Made by a program: the position numbers and the translations under genes. Positions 18,444 through 28,386 of a DNA stretch of 64,000 nt are shown piece after piece. The notes under the pieces are model-generated. The model worked only from the letters and a program-made list of their open reading frames with translations, had not been told where the DNA came from and ran no database searches. Source of the DNA: Candidatus Omnitrophica bacterium UBA6215 (GTDB lineage Bacteria > Omnitrophota > Gorgyraeia > Pluralincolimonadales > Pluralincolimonadaceae); NCBI GenBank assembly GCA_002421665.1, contig DISH01000004.1, positions 87,174 through 151,173 on the forward strand, given 5' to 3'. The number at the start of each line of letters is the position of its first letter. Positions within the stretch are counted from its first letter, which is position 1.

Positions 18444-19410
18444 AAGCAAAATATTCTTGATCACGGCGGTCATAATAGGGATAGCCGCTTTCTTTATACT
18501 TAGACCTAAGAAGAGCGCCACTACCGAAGAAGCCGCGAAAGAGGTGAAGCCGCAGGCAGGGACGATCGAGACATACATCTCCACTACCGGTACCGTCCTG
18601 CCGCAGAACAGGCTTGAGATAATGCCGACGGTCGCCGGACGCGTAGAGCAGATACTCGCGAAGGAAGGCGAAAAGGTGAAGTCAGGCCAGATACTCGGAT
18701 GGATGAGTTCCACCGAGCGCGCCGCGCTGCTCGATGCGGCAAAAGGCAAGGGAGAAGAGGTCTTAAAATATTGGGAAGACGCTTATAAGCCCATACCGCT
18801 CCTGGCGCCGATAGACGGCGAGGTCATAGTATCTACTATACAGCCCGGCCAGACGGTAACTACCAGCGACGCCGTTTTTGTCCTGTCGGACAGGCTGATA
18901 GTGCGCGCTCAGGTTGACGAAACCGATATAGGCAAGGTCAAGCTCGGTCAGGAGGCCATGATAAGCCTCGACGCCTATCCGGACGCTAAGGTCAGCGCTG
19001 TCGTAGGCCATATATATTATGAATCCGAGACCGTGAACAACGTCACCATATATAAGGTAGATATGATACCCACGGTCGTCCCGTCGTTCTTCCGTTCGGG
19101 CATGAACGCCAATGTGGATTTCATTGAGCAGAGTAAGGCGAACATCCTGACCCTGCCGCTCGACGCCGTAAGGACCGATAAGGACGGTTCGTACGTCTTC
19201 ATCAACCAGGGCCCGGGTAAACCGCCGGCACGCCGCGCGGTAACGACCGGCCTGGCCGATGAAAAGAACATAGAGATAATCTCGGGAGTCACCGCGGACG
19301 ACACCGTGGAGATAAGGTCCGGGAAGTTCGTTCTCCCGATGAGCGCTTCCACGGGCTCTAACCCGTTCATGCCTCAAAGAAAAAATGATAGAAATAAGGA
19401 AAATAAGTAA
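18430..19410 (+). CDS. macA: Periplasmic adaptor (HlyD/MacA family membrane fusion protein)
   Basis: N-terminal TM anchor and biotinyl-lipoyl-like and beta-barrel MFP domains. It overlaps tolC and macB. Confidence 0.75.
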   Translation: MSKNKSKIFLITAVIIGIAAFFILRPKKSATTEEAAKEVKPQAGTIETYISTTGTVLPQNRLEIMPTVAGRVEQILAKEGEKVKSGQILGWMSSTERAALLDAAKGKGEEVLKYWEDAYKPIPLLAPIDGEVIVSTIQPGQTVTTSDAVFVLSDRLIVRAQVDETDIGKVKLGQEAMISLDAYPDAKVSAVVGHIYYESETVNNVTIYKVDMIPTVVPSFFRSGMNANVDFIEQSKANILTLPLDAVRTDKDGSYVFINQGPGKPPARRAVTTGLADEKNIEIISGVTADDTVEIRSGKFVLPMSASTGSNPFMPQRKNDRNKENK

Positions 19411-21355
19411 AACATACGCCAAAGGCGAAGCTGAGGTCCGCGCTCTCCGCGAAGTCTCGATCAAAATAGAGGCGGGGGAGTTCGTCGCGATAATGGGCGC
19501 TTCCGGATCGGGCAAGTCCACCCTTATGCACCTTATGGGCCTGCTCGACAGGCCGGATTCCGGGTCCTATATGCTGGGCGGGAAAGATGTCACAGGGCTC
19601 TCCGACGACGAACTTGCCGCCACGCGCAACCGCCTGATAGGTTTCGTATTCCAGCAGTTCCATCTCCTGCCAAGGATGACCGCGCTCGAGAACGTTGAAC
19701 TGCCGCTTATCTATGCCGGCAACCGCCACCTCAAAGACAAAGCATTCGACAAACTCAAGGACGTCGGGCTGGAGAGCCGCACGCGCCACCGGCCGAACGA
19801 AATGTCGGGCGGTCAGCAGCAGCGCGTGGCCGTTGCCAGGGCGTTGGTCAATGACCCGCTCATAATAATGGCTGACGAGCCTACCGGCAACCTCGATTCC
19901 AAGAGCAAGGAAGAGATAATGGCGATCCTCAAGCAGCTCAACGAACAGGGCAAGACGCTCATCATAGTCACACATGAGGACGAGATCTCCCGCTACGCCA
20001 GGAGGGTCATCCGCATGCGCGACGGCGAGATAATTTCCGACGAGCTCAACCGCGCGGAACGGACAGACCGCAAACCCGCGGCGGACGCTAAGCCGGCCGA
20101 TGAAACCCTTAACAAAGCGGAGAAGTTCTCGCGGCGCGCGGAGTTCGTCGACTACATGAGGCAGGCTCTCAGCGCCATGGCGACTCACAAGCTGCGTACT
20201 TTCCTTTCGGTGCTCGGCATACTTATCGGTGTCGCGGCGGTCGTGGCTATGCTCGCGATAGGCCAGGGCGCGCAGGAGACCATATCCAAGCAGTTGTCAT
20301 CGCTCGGCTCGAACCTGCTGCTCATTATGCCTGGGTCTACGCGCCTGCACGGCGTGGCGACGGGTACCGGCGCTTTCACGAGGTTCACCTTCGAGGATAT
20401 CGACGCGATAAAAAAATTGTCCGATGAAGTCAGCCGTGTGTCGGCATCGGTCCAGGGCAAGGGGCAGGTGGTCTACGGGAACAAGAACTGGAATACCACT
20501 GTTGACGGCCAGGGCCTGGATTATCCCGAGATGCGCGCGTCCGTGCCGGACATCGGCAGGTATTTTAACGAGAAGGAGATGAGGTCCAGGGAGAAGGTGG
20601 CGGTCATCGGCAGGACGGTCGTGCGGGAACTTTTCGGCGACGAAAATCCCGTCGGCAAGAATATCAAGATCAACCTGTTGAATTTTAAGGTCATCGGCAT
20701 ATTGCCGGAGAAAGGCGCTTCCGGCTGGCGCGACCAGGACGACACGATAGTCATCCCGGTAACCACCGCGATGTACCGCGTCTTCGGCAAGGATTATATA
20801 GATACCATATCGGTCGAGGTCAAGGAAGCCGGACAGATCGAACAGGCGCAGGAAGATATCAGGAAACTTATAATTAAGCAGCACAGGCTTACCACCAAGG
20901 ACCAGCAGGATTCTTTCCAGATAAGGGATATGTCCGAGTTCAAGAATATGCTCACCTCGACGACGAAGACCATGTCGCTGCTCCTCGGTTCCATCGCGGC
21001 CATATCGCTGCTCGTAGGCGGTATCGGCATCATGAACATCATGCTCGTCTCTGTTACGGAACGCACCCGCGAGATAGGCCTGCGTAAGGCAATAGGGGCG
21101 CGTAATGTGGATATAATGATCCAGTTCCTTATAGAAGCCGCGCTTATAGCTTTCATCGGCGGGATAGCAGGCGTCGTCCTCGGCGCGGGCATATCTTCGC
21201 TGATCGCCGCCGTCGCGGGATGGGCGGTCAAACTTTCCGCTTTCTCCGTAGCTCTCGCGACGGGTTTCTCGCTCGCGATAGGCGTATTGTTTGGAAGCTG
21301 GCCCGCGCACCAGGCCTCCCAGCTCAACCCCATCGAAGCGCTCAGATATGAATAA
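19385..21355 (+). CDS. macB: MacB-type ABC transporter (fused ATPase plus FtsX-like permease)
   Basis: Walker A GASGSGKST, signature LSGGQQQRVAVARAL, Walker B IIMADEP, and a C-terminal four-TM FtsX domain. It is 656 aa. Confidence 0.85.
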   Translation: MIEIRKISKTYAKGEAEVRALREVSIKIEAGEFVAIMGASGSGKSTLMHLMGLLDRPDSGSYMLGGKDVTGLSDDELAATRNRLIGFVFQQFHLLPRMTALENVELPLIYAGNRHLKDKAFDKLKDVGLESRTRHRPNEMSGGQQQRVAVARALVNDPLIIMADEPTGNLDSKSKEEIMAILKQLNEQGKTLIIVTHEDEISRYARRVIRMRDGEIISDELNRAERTDRKPAADAKPADETLNKAEKFSRRAEFVDYMRQALSAMATHKLRTFLSVLGILIGVAAVVAMLAIGQGAQETISKQLSSLGSNLLLIMPGSTRLHGVATGTGAFTRFTFEDIDAIKKLSDEVSRVSASVQGKGQVVYGNKNWNTTVDGQGLDYPEMRASVPDIGRYFNEKEMRSREKVAVIGRTVVRELFGDENPVGKNIKINLLNFKVIGILPEKGASGWRDQDDTIVIPVTTAMYRVFGKDYIDTISVEVKEAGQIEQAQEDIRKLIIKQHRLTTKDQQDSFQIRDMSEFKNMLTSTTKTMSLLLGSIAAISLLVGGIGIMNIMLVSVTERTREIGLRKAIGARNVDIMIQFLIEAALIAFIGGIAGVVLGAGISSLIAAVAGWAVKLSAFSVALATGFSLAIGVLFGSWPAHQASQLNPIEALRYE

Positions 21356-21361
21356 GAATAA

Positions 21362-21420
21362 GGGACGTGTCACTTTGGGACAGGTTACACGGGCGGAGTG
21401 TCCCAAAGTGACACGTCCCC
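21362..21420 (+). repeat. Dispersed repeat family copy (b): inverted dimer forming a 59-bp perfect hairpin
   Basis: GGGACGTGTCACTTTGGGACAGGTTAC, then ACGGGC, then GGAGTGTCCCAAAGTGACACGTCCCC. The arms are reverse complements over about 22 nt. The second arm contains GGAG-N9-GTG. Confidence 0.8.
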
Positions 21421-22631
21421 TTTTGTTCGGGAATACTTTCAGGGCGCTGAAATACCCGAACTTCCGGCTTTTCTTCACGGGCCAGAGCATATCGCTTGTA
21501 GGCACGTGGATGCAGTCGGTGGCGATGAGCTGGCTCGTATACCGCCTGACGGGTTCGGCGCTGCTGCTCGGTGTCGTGGGGTTCGCTTCCCAGATACCCG
21601 TATTCATATTCAGCCCGTTCGCCGGGGTGTTCGCCGACAGGTATAACCGCCACCGCATAGTCGTGGTAACGCAGGCCCTCGCCATGATACAGGCGTTCAT
21701 ACTTGCCGGGCTCACCATTTGGGGAAGGATACAGGTTTGGCAGATACTTTCGCTTGGTTTCTTCCTCGGATGCGTCAACGCCGTAGAGATACCCGCGCGC
21801 CAGGCGTTCCTGATAGACATGGTCGAATCGCGTAAGGACCTTTTGGGAAACGCCATAGCGCTGAACTCCGCGATATTTAATACCGCGCGTTTCATAGGCC
21901 CGACGCTCGCCGGTATCATCGTGGCCATAGTAGGCGAGGGGATATGCTTCCTCGTAAACGCCGTAAGTTTCGTAGCCGTGCTCGTCTGCCTGCTTTTGAT
22001 GAAAATAACGCCCAAAGAGTTCAAGCCGTCGGGTAAACATATCTTCGATGAGCTCAGGGAAGGCCTCGCCTATGCTTTCGGTTCCCGTCCCATACGGATG
22101 ATACTGTTCCTGCTCAGCATCATAAGCATGCTCGGCATGTCTTATATTGTCCTTATGCCGATATTCGCCGCCGAGGTCCATCACGGAGGCTCAAAGATGC
22201 TCGGGTTAATGATGGCGTCGGTCGGCGCAGGAGCTCTTTCCGCGACGCTGTATCTGGCCTCGCGCAGGGAACCGCCCACGCTCGAGAAATTTATCCCGGC
22301 GGCCGCGGCGCTCTTTTCATCGTCGATAATCCTCTTCGCGCTCGCGCGCGCTTTCTGGGTATCTATGCTGCTTTTAGCGGCGACGGGCTTCGGGTTCCTC
22401 CTTACGACCGCCTCGAGCAATACGATAATCCAGACGACGGTCCAGGATGACAAGCGCGGACGCGTGATGGCCTTTTACACGATAGCTTTTCTCGGCATGG
22501 CACCCATCGGAAGCCTCCTGGCGGGCGCCGTGGCCAATAAGATAGGCGCTCCGGACGCCCTCCTGCTCGGCGGGACGCTTTGCCTCTTCGCAACGTTCAT
22601 TTTTTACCGCTTGACACACCCCCGCAACTAA
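21408..22631 (+). CDS. MFS transporter
   Basis: Twelve predicted TM segments. The N-terminal motif is FRALKYPNFRLFFTGQSISLVGTWMQ. The start is placed at GTG 21408 inside the repeat, giving MTRPLLFG. The ORF track extends to 21291, but that N-terminal extension translates the palindromic repeat. Confidence 0.7.
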   Translation: MTRPLLFGNTFRALKYPNFRLFFTGQSISLVGTWMQSVAMSWLVYRLTGSALLLGVVGFASQIPVFIFSPFAGVFADRYNRHRIVVVTQALAMIQAFILAGLTIWGRIQVWQILSLGFFLGCVNAVEIPARQAFLIDMVESRKDLLGNAIALNSAIFNTARFIGPTLAGIIVAIVGEGICFLVNAVSFVAVLVCLLLMKITPKEFKPSGKHIFDELREGLAYAFGSRPIRMILFLLSIISMLGMSYIVLMPIFAAEVHHGGSKMLGLMMASVGAGALSATLYLASRREPPTLEKFIPAAAALFSSSIILFALARAFWVSMLLLAATGFGFLLTTASSNTIIQTTVQDDKRGRVMAFYTIAFLGMAPIGSLLAGAVANKIGAPDALLLGGTLCLFATFIFYRLTHPRN

Positions 22632-22679
22632 CGTAAAATATTCACTTACTTACCTTTATATAGAACGGACCATTACTCT

Positions 22680-23819
22680 ATGGTAAAAAAACCAATAATA
22701 ACTTCTATAATATCGTTGTGCCTGTTCATATTCGCCTCCGCGGCGGATGCCAGGGTATTCAGGTTCGGCCAGGCCGAGGTCATGTTCCGCGGTTCGGTCT
22801 TCGAAACCTACGATGATAACATCACCTATGTCAAAGATAACAAGATCTCCGATTACATAACCAAGCCCTCGGTCGGAGGCAGGCTCACCTATGACGGCAA
22901 GACAACCACGGCCTCGATAGACGGGAATTATTACCACGAATTTTACGCCGACAATTCCGGTTTCAACAACAATTCGGGCGAGTTGACCGCCGAAGTCAAC
23001 TCCGAGCTGTCGAAATACGACAGGTTCACCTTCAGGGATAAATATACCAAGACATATGAGCCGCGCAGCTTCGAGGACCAGTTCGGTTTTATCGGCGGCC
23101 GTTACAGTTCCGACCGCAACCGCATCGACGTCGGTTACGCGAGGGACGTCTCGCAGCACTTCGGGTTTTCGGCGCGTTACTCGAACGAGTATAACAGTTA
23201 TTCCCGCGATGATATCGCGAAGTCTTTCCTCAACTCCGGCGGGGTGGAGGGGGCGTATATAATCAGCTCCGATTTCAGCCTTTTTACCGCCTACGACTAT
23301 ACCCGCAGGGATTTCGATGACGGCCCGCACGCGACCGTAAATACCTGGTCCGGAGGTTTCCGCAAATACCTGACCAAGCAGTTATATGTCGACGCCTCCA
23401 CCGGCGTGGATTTTATCGGGGCATACGGCGGCGGCACCGATTACACGAAGCCCTTCGGCCTGATATCGCTTACCGACGATATCGACGACCGCACCGTCCT
23501 CAATTTTCTCTTCTCGAAACGTTACAGCACCATTTCCTATTCCCAGGATATATTCGACCAGTGGCAGGTATCCGGCACGCTCAACCGCGAACTGACTCCC
23601 AAGCTCGCGGGGACGATATCCGCGTTCTACGGTAAGGGCAAGTATATCGGAACGGGGGAGGAGGACGACTTCCTCGGATCGAGCGCCGGGCTCGAATACG
23701 AGATCAACGATAAATGGAAGGCCAGGGCCGCGTATTCCTATTCCAAGCAGGATTCGAATTCCATTTTCAGCGAATACCGTAAGAACACTGTTACTTTAGG
23801 GATCATGGCGGAATTTTAG
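22680..23819 (+). CDS. Putative outer-membrane beta-barrel protein of the polysaccharide locus (EpsL-like, PEP-CTERM-locus-associated)
   Basis: Signal peptide MVKKPIITSIISLCLFIFASAADA, a Tyr/Asp/Gly/Ser-rich sequence with alternating residues, and a C-terminal Phe (GIMAEF). It is the first gene of the EPS block. Confidence 0.45.
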   Translation: MVKKPIITSIISLCLFIFASAADARVFRFGQAEVMFRGSVFETYDDNITYVKDNKISDYITKPSVGGRLTYDGKTTTASIDGNYYHEFYADNSGFNNNSGELTAEVNSELSKYDRFTFRDKYTKTYEPRSFEDQFGFIGGRYSSDRNRIDVGYARDVSQHFGFSARYSNEYNSYSRDDIAKSFLNSGGVEGAYIISSDFSLFTAYDYTRRDFDDGPHATVNTWSGGFRKYLTKQLYVDASTGVDFIGAYGGGTDYTKPFGLISLTDDIDDRTVLNFLFSKRYSTISYSQDIFDQWQVSGTLNRELTPKLAGTISAFYGKGKYIGTGEEDDFLGSSAGLEYEINDKWKARAAYSYSKQDSNSIFSEYRKNTVTLGIMAEF

Positions 23820-23823
23820 CGGT

Positions 23824-25185
23824 ATGCTCAGACAGCATTCGGATGTTTTCAGGAAGCTGTTGATATTTGCCGACATTTGTCTGGCGGCAGGTACGTTCAC
23901 CGCGGCGTATTTTTTAAGCAACGAGATGAGGCAGTTGTACCCCCTCGATGATTACCTGCGGCTTATGCCGTATTTTGTCCTTGTGTGGGTAGGGCTGTTG
24001 TATTTTCTCGGGATGTACAGCTCTTTCAGGACAAAACCGCTCCCGGACGTGGTATCGATAGTCTTCGAGACGGCATTCTTCGGTTTTGTCCTCTTCAGCA
24101 GCGTCGTTTACATCGTGAAGCTGCATGACGTAAGCAGGGCTTTCGTCTTCATGATAGTAATCGTGTCGACGGCGGCTTTTATCTTTGAGAAACTGCTCAT
24201 TGTCACGGTGTTCAGGTATTTCCGCAGGAAGGGATACAACACCCGCAATATCCTTATCGTCGGCACCGGCCGCAGGGCGCAGAACTTCGCGAAGTCGGTC
24301 GAGGGCCACGGCGAATGGGGTTTTAAGATCGTCAGGATGATAGACGAGGACGAGTTCGCGGATATGGCGGGCATACTCCACAAGAATGTGATAGACCACG
24401 TTGTCTTCGTCGTACCGCGGTTGTGGTTCGAGAAGATCGAGGACCTCATACACCTTTGCGAGACGGAGGGTATTCCCGCGAGTGTTGTCGTCGACCTTTA
24501 CGAGCTCAAGTTCGCGCGCGCGAAACAGACGGATTTTTTCGGGACGCCGATGCTGACGTTCCAGTCGGCCCCGGACAGGCAGTGGGAGCTTTTGCTCAAG
24601 CGCGTATTCGACCTTGTCTCGTCCGCCGCGGGGCTGGTGGTATTGTCTCCGCTGTTCCTGACGCTGGCGGTGATGATAAAAGCGACATCGCCCGGGCCGG
24701 TCTTCTTCAGGCAGAAGCGCTGCGGGCTCAACGGCCGCAGGTTCGCGCTTTATAAGTTCAGGACGATGGTCAAGGGCGCCGAGGAGAAACTCGCGGAACT
24801 CCGTAAGTTCAACGAGATGGACGGTCCTGTATTCAAGATGGACAATGACCCCCGCGTTACGAAGATCGGCCGGTTACTAAGGATGTTAAGCCTTGACGAA
24901 CTCCCGCAGCTCTGGAATGTCTTGAAGGGGGAGATGAGCATAGTCGGGCCTCGTCCGCCTATCCCGAGCGAGGTCGATAAGTACGATAACTGGCAGCGCC
25001 GGCGCCTGAGCATGAGGCCGGGTATCACATGCCTGTGGCAGGTCAGGGGACGCAGCGAGATAACGGATTTTAACGAATGGATGCGTCTTGACCTTGAATA
25101 TATAGATAATTGGTCCATATGGTTGGACCTGAAGATACTGTTAGCTACAATACCCGTGGTCTTAATAGCGAAAGGAGCAAAGTGA
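23824..25185 (+). CDS. Polyprenyl-phosphate glycosylphosphotransferase (WbaP/EpsB-type initiating sugar transferase)
   Basis: N-terminal multi-TM region and a C-terminal bacterial sugar transferase domain ([26 protein letters not shown]...[21 protein letters not shown]). Confidence 0.85.
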   Translation: MLRQHSDVFRKLLIFADICLAAGTFTAAYFLSNEMRQLYPLDDYLRLMPYFVLVWVGLLYFLGMYSSFRTKPLPDVVSIVFETAFFGFVLFSSVVYIVKLHDVSRAFVFMIVIVSTAAFIFEKLLIVTVFRYFRRKGYNTRNILIVGTGRRAQNFAKSVEGHGEWGFKIVRMIDEDEFADMAGILHKNVIDHVVFVVPRLWFEKIEDLIHLCETEGIPASVVVDLYELKFARAKQTDFFGTPMLTFQSAPDRQWELLLKRVFDLVSSAAGLVVLSPLFLTLAVMIKATSPGPVFFRQKRCGLNGRRFALYKFRTMVKGAEEKLAELRKFNEMDGPVFKMDNDPRVTKIGRLLRMLSLDELPQLWNVLKGEMSIVGPRPPIPSEVDKYDNWQRRRLSMRPGITCLWQVRGRSEITDFNEWMRLDLEYIDNWSIWLDLKILLATIPVVLIAKGAK

Positions 25186-25817
25186 TGAAAGGACTGGTAA
25201 TAGTTATTGTTATGGCGGCTTTATTCGTATTCGCGCAGCCTAAAGGGATATCGGCCCCTCCCGCGGAACCGGCGCCCGAGACGGCGGCGGAAAGCGTCCC
25301 GCAACAGGCGGCCGCTTCGCAGGAATATAAGATCGGGAACGATGACATCATCGATATAGCCGTCCTGCAGCCCGAACAGTTGGCGCTCACGGTAACGGTA
25401 TCCCCGGACGGGTCGATAACGTTCCCGTATATCGGCAAGGTCGACGTAAAAGGCAAGACCCCTTCCGAGGTGCAGGAGGAGATCCAGACGCGCCTGTCCG
25501 ACGGTTACCTGAAATACCCCGTCGTATCGGTCGCGGTCAAGGAATCGCGCAGCAAGAAATTCTATGTATACGGCGAAGTCCTCAAACCCGGCACGTATTT
25601 TCTCGAGGATAACATGACCGTCCTTAAGGCGATATCGACCGCCGGCGGTTTCACTAAGTACGGATCGTCGAGCCGCGTGAAGGTCCTTCGCCCCAAGACC
25701 GGCGCGGCCGGTTATGAGACCATCAAGGTCAACATGAAGCTTATAATGAACGGTTTATCGAATGATATCGTCCTTGAGCCGGGGGACATAGTACAGGTAG
25801 AAGAAGGCGTATTCTAA
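25185..25817 (+). CDS. Polysaccharide export protein (short Wza/EpsE-like, Poly_export plus SLBB)
   Basis: Signal peptide [18 protein letters not shown]. The sequence [14 protein letters not shown]...[20 protein letters not shown] is typical of the Wza N-terminal domains. The internal ATG at 25185 overlaps the upstream stop. Confidence 0.7.
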   Translation: MKGLVIVIVMAALFVFAQPKGISAPPAEPAPETAAESVPQQAAASQEYKIGNDDIIDIAVLQPEQLALTVTVSPDGSITFPYIGKVDVKGKTPSEVQEEIQTRLSDGYLKYPVVSVAVKESRSKKFYVYGEVLKPGTYFLEDNMTVLKAISTAGGFTKYGSSSRVKVLRPKTGAAGYETIKVNMKLIMNGLSNDIVLEPGDIVQVEEGVF

Positions 25818-25819
25818 GC

Positions 25820-25845
25820 GGAGTGTCCCAAAGTGACACGTCCCC
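25820..25845 (+). repeat. Dispersed repeat family copy (c): GGAGTGTCCCAAAGTGACACGTCCCC
   Basis: Identical to the second arm of copy (b). Its GGAG-N9-GTG supplies the SD and GTG start (25833) of the following GT2 gene. Confidence 0.75.
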
Positions 25846-26804
25846 TAATATCCGTTATTGTTCCCGCGTATAACTGCGGGGATGTGCTGGGAAGGGTAAT
25901 CGGCGCTTTAAAGCTCCAGGGTGGTATCGCGGCGCGGGACGTCGAGATAATTGTTATAGATGACGCTTCAACCGACTCCACGTGCGAGATATCCGAAAAT
26001 TTCGCTAAAGACGGTTCGATAAAGTTTTTCAGGAATAAAGAACGCCTCGGTTCCGGGGTTGCCCGGAACAGGGGGATAGACGCCGCGACGGCGCCTTGTT
26101 TGTTGTTCCTTGACGCGGATAACGTTCCCGGAAAAGATTGCCTGGCGGAACATCTTGAATTCCACAAAAGGTTCCCTGGCCCGCAGATAGCGGTACTCGG
26201 AAACCCGCTGCCGCCGGTTGACGTCAAGACGACGCCGCTGATGAGGCTTGATGACGTAGGGCTTGCGTTCAGGGGCCTCAAACACGGCGAGCAGTGCCCG
26301 TGGCAGGATTTTTCCTCTATGAATATCTCGCTTATGAGGTCGTTCCTTGACTCTGCGGGCGAGCGGTTCGACGAGAAGACCTTCGCCAGGACGATAGGTT
26401 TCGAGGATACCGACCTGGGTTTACGGCTTTACAGGAAAGGCCTTAGGATAATATATAACTCTAAGGCGGTCTCATACCATTACCACTTCAGGACGCCGGA
26501 ACAGTTCCTCGAAAAGGTCCGCAGGTACGGCGAGGCGTTCCGTCTCTGGCTTGACGCCGCGGATAAGGACCTGTTGAAGGAGACGGCTTTTATATCGAGG
26601 TTCCTTCCCGAGAAGGGGCCTAAAATTTCGATTCGTTACGCGAGGTACGCCTTACAAAAGGTCTTTATCAACGCCCTTACGATAGACCCGTACCTGGCGC
26701 TGACGAAAAAATTAGAGCGCCGCAGCGAAACTGTAAGCTCATTTTTATATAGACGTTTGTTCAATTATTATTTCCACAAAGGATACTACGGAAGAAAACC
26801 GTAA
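25833..26804 (+). CDS. Family 2 glycosyltransferase
   Basis: GT2 N-terminal motif ISVIVPAYNCGDVL...IIVIDDASTDST. The start is GTG 25833 (MTRPL), encoded by the repeat. Confidence 0.8.
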   Translation: MTRPLISVIVPAYNCGDVLGRVIGALKLQGGIAARDVEIIVIDDASTDSTCEISENFAKDGSIKFFRNKERLGSGVARNRGIDAATAPCLLFLDADNVPGKDCLAEHLEFHKRFPGPQIAVLGNPLPPVDVKTTPLMRLDDVGLAFRGLKHGEQCPWQDFSSMNISLMRSFLDSAGERFDEKTFARTIGFEDTDLGLRLYRKGLRIIYNSKAVSYHYHFRTPEQFLEKVRRYGEAFRLWLDAADKDLLKETAFISRFLPEKGPKISIRYARYALQKVFINALTIDPYLALTKKLERRSETVSSFLYRRLFNYYFHKGYYGRKP

Positions 26805-26820
26805 TAAAAGGAGGACGCAG

Positions 26821-28386
26821 ATGGACCGTTACGAGATGAGTGCGCGTGACAACCTCAGGATCATATTCAAAAGGAAATCGCTGCTTCCGATATTCGCGGT
26901 GCTTTCCCTGGTTTTTACGACGATATTCCTGTCATTCTTCCTGCCGAAGTACAAGAGCGAGGTAAGGCTGCTGGTCGCGAGCCTTCCGCAGGTCGAGTCG
27001 CCGTATTATTCCCCTATACCGGCCTTCAGGACCGTTGATATCGCCAGCACGGTCAGCGAGGTGATCAAGAGCCGGGACCTTTTGAGGGAAGTGACCGTTA
27101 CCCTCGGGTTAGACAAGCGCTCGGATGAACTTAAATTTTCCCCGCTGGGGTGGAAGTTCGTGAAACTTACCATGAATTACGTCATCGACCCGGTAGTCTC
27201 CATATTCAAGAGGCCTCCGACAGAATCCGAGAAACTCGAACTTTCGATAAACCGCCTCGCCAAGCAGGTCAAGGTCGACAGCATTGAGAGGACGGACGTC
27301 ATACGCGTGGCGGCCATAGATTACGACCCGCAGATGGCGGCGAAGATCGCCGACGCGCTCACGAAGCGGTACATACTCTTCAATATGATGCAGCAGATGG
27401 ACGAGTACCGCACGAAATACGGCGAGAAGCATCCTAAGATAACTATACTCGAGAACCAGATAAGCGCCATCAAGAACGAGATCTCCTCGGGCACCCTGGG
27501 TTTCAGCGAGGCGATGAGCAGCGGCAACGTCAAGGTCATAGAGCAGGCCTCCGTACCGGCATGGCCCTCGACACCCAACAAGAAGATAGCCTACCTCGTC
27601 ACGCTCGTGCTTTTCATAATATTGAGCGTGGCGGGCATGTTCGCCATGGAGATACTCGACCACTCGGTCAAGACTCCAATGGAGATAGAGAAGTACCTCA
27701 ACCTTCACGTTCTCGCGTCCATACCCTCGCTCAAGGCGAGGATGGCCGGGGACCTCAGCCCGGACATGAACGACGCCTATTACGGCGCGTATGAGATGTT
27801 CGCGGGCCGCCTGCAGATACTCGTAAAGGACAGGCATCCGTTGTGCGTTGCAATAACCAGCACCGAGAAACAGGAAGGCAAGAGCCTCACCGCGAAAGAC
27901 ATCGCCGTCATACTCAGCAAACGCTCGCACGCCAAGACCCTCCTTATAGACGCCAACGTCAAGTCGCCGTCCGTAAATAAGCTCTTCGGAGTCCCGGAGA
28001 ACCCGGGCCTGAGCGACGTGCTCGACGGTATGGCCATAGAGAAGGCCAAGAACACCATCAACGAGAACCTCGACGTCATAACCGCCGGCAAGACGGATAC
28101 GCGCGGCGCGTTCAAGGCCGAAAAGATACGCCATATGATAGACGAGGCGAAGAAACATTACGACCTCATCATAATAGATACGCCTTCGATGAAGAGCTCG
28201 GCCGCGGCCCTGCTGGTGCTCAAGCAGGCCGACCTGGGCATAATGGTCGTCAAGGAGAGCGCCACGAGGCGCGAGGTAATAAGGGACGTATTGCGCAAGA
28301 CGGAGAGGGAGGGTATCACCTTCCTCGGCGCGGTCCTGACGAACCAGAGGTATTTCATACCGGCGTTCATATACAGGCATGTTTAA
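26821..28386 (+). CDS. Polysaccharide co-polymerase (Wzz-like chain-length determinant fused to P-loop ATPase; Wzc/EpsG-like)
   Basis: N-terminal TM plus Wzz periplasmic region, a second TM, then an ATPase with Walker A TSTEKQEGKS, LLIDANVKSP and IIIDTPS. No obvious C-terminal Tyr cluster. Confidence 0.75.
   Translation: MDRYEMSARDNLRIIFKRKSLLPIFAVLSLVFTTIFLSFFLPKYKSEVRLLVASLPQVESPYYSPIPAFRTVDIASTVSEVIKSRDLLREVTVTLGLDKRSDELKFSPLGWKFVKLTMNYVIDPVVSIFKRPPTESEKLELSINRLAKQVKVDSIERTDVIRVAAIDYDPQMAAKIADALTKRYILFNMMQQMDEYRTKYGEKHPKITILENQISAIKNEISSGTLGFSEAMSSGNVKVIEQASVPAWPSTPNKKIAYLVTLVLFIILSVAGMFAMEILDHSVKTPMEIEKYLNLHVLASIPSLKARMAGDLSPDMNDAYYGAYEMFAGRLQILVKDRHPLCVAITSTEKQEGKSLTAKDIAVILSKRSHAKTLLIDANVKSPSVNKLFGVPENPGLSDVLDGMAIEKAKNTINENLDVITAGKTDTRGAFKAEKIRHMIDEAKKHYDLIIIDTPSMKSSAAALLVLKQADLGIMVVKESATRREVIRDVLRKTEREGITFLGAVLTNQRYFIPAFIYRHV

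Noticed and set aside
21291-21407. N-terminal 39-codon extension of the MFS ORF from the six-frame track
   Set aside because: The extension merely translates the palindromic repeat dimer (KGRVTLGQVTRAECPKVTRP). It starts inside the macB coding end, and the conserved MFS N-terminus begins right after the repeat.
20297-22024. 575-aa ORF on the minus strand
   Set aside because: It is entirely antisense to macB and the MFS gene, in high-GC DNA where long spurious antisense ORFs are expected. It has no motifs and no RBS.
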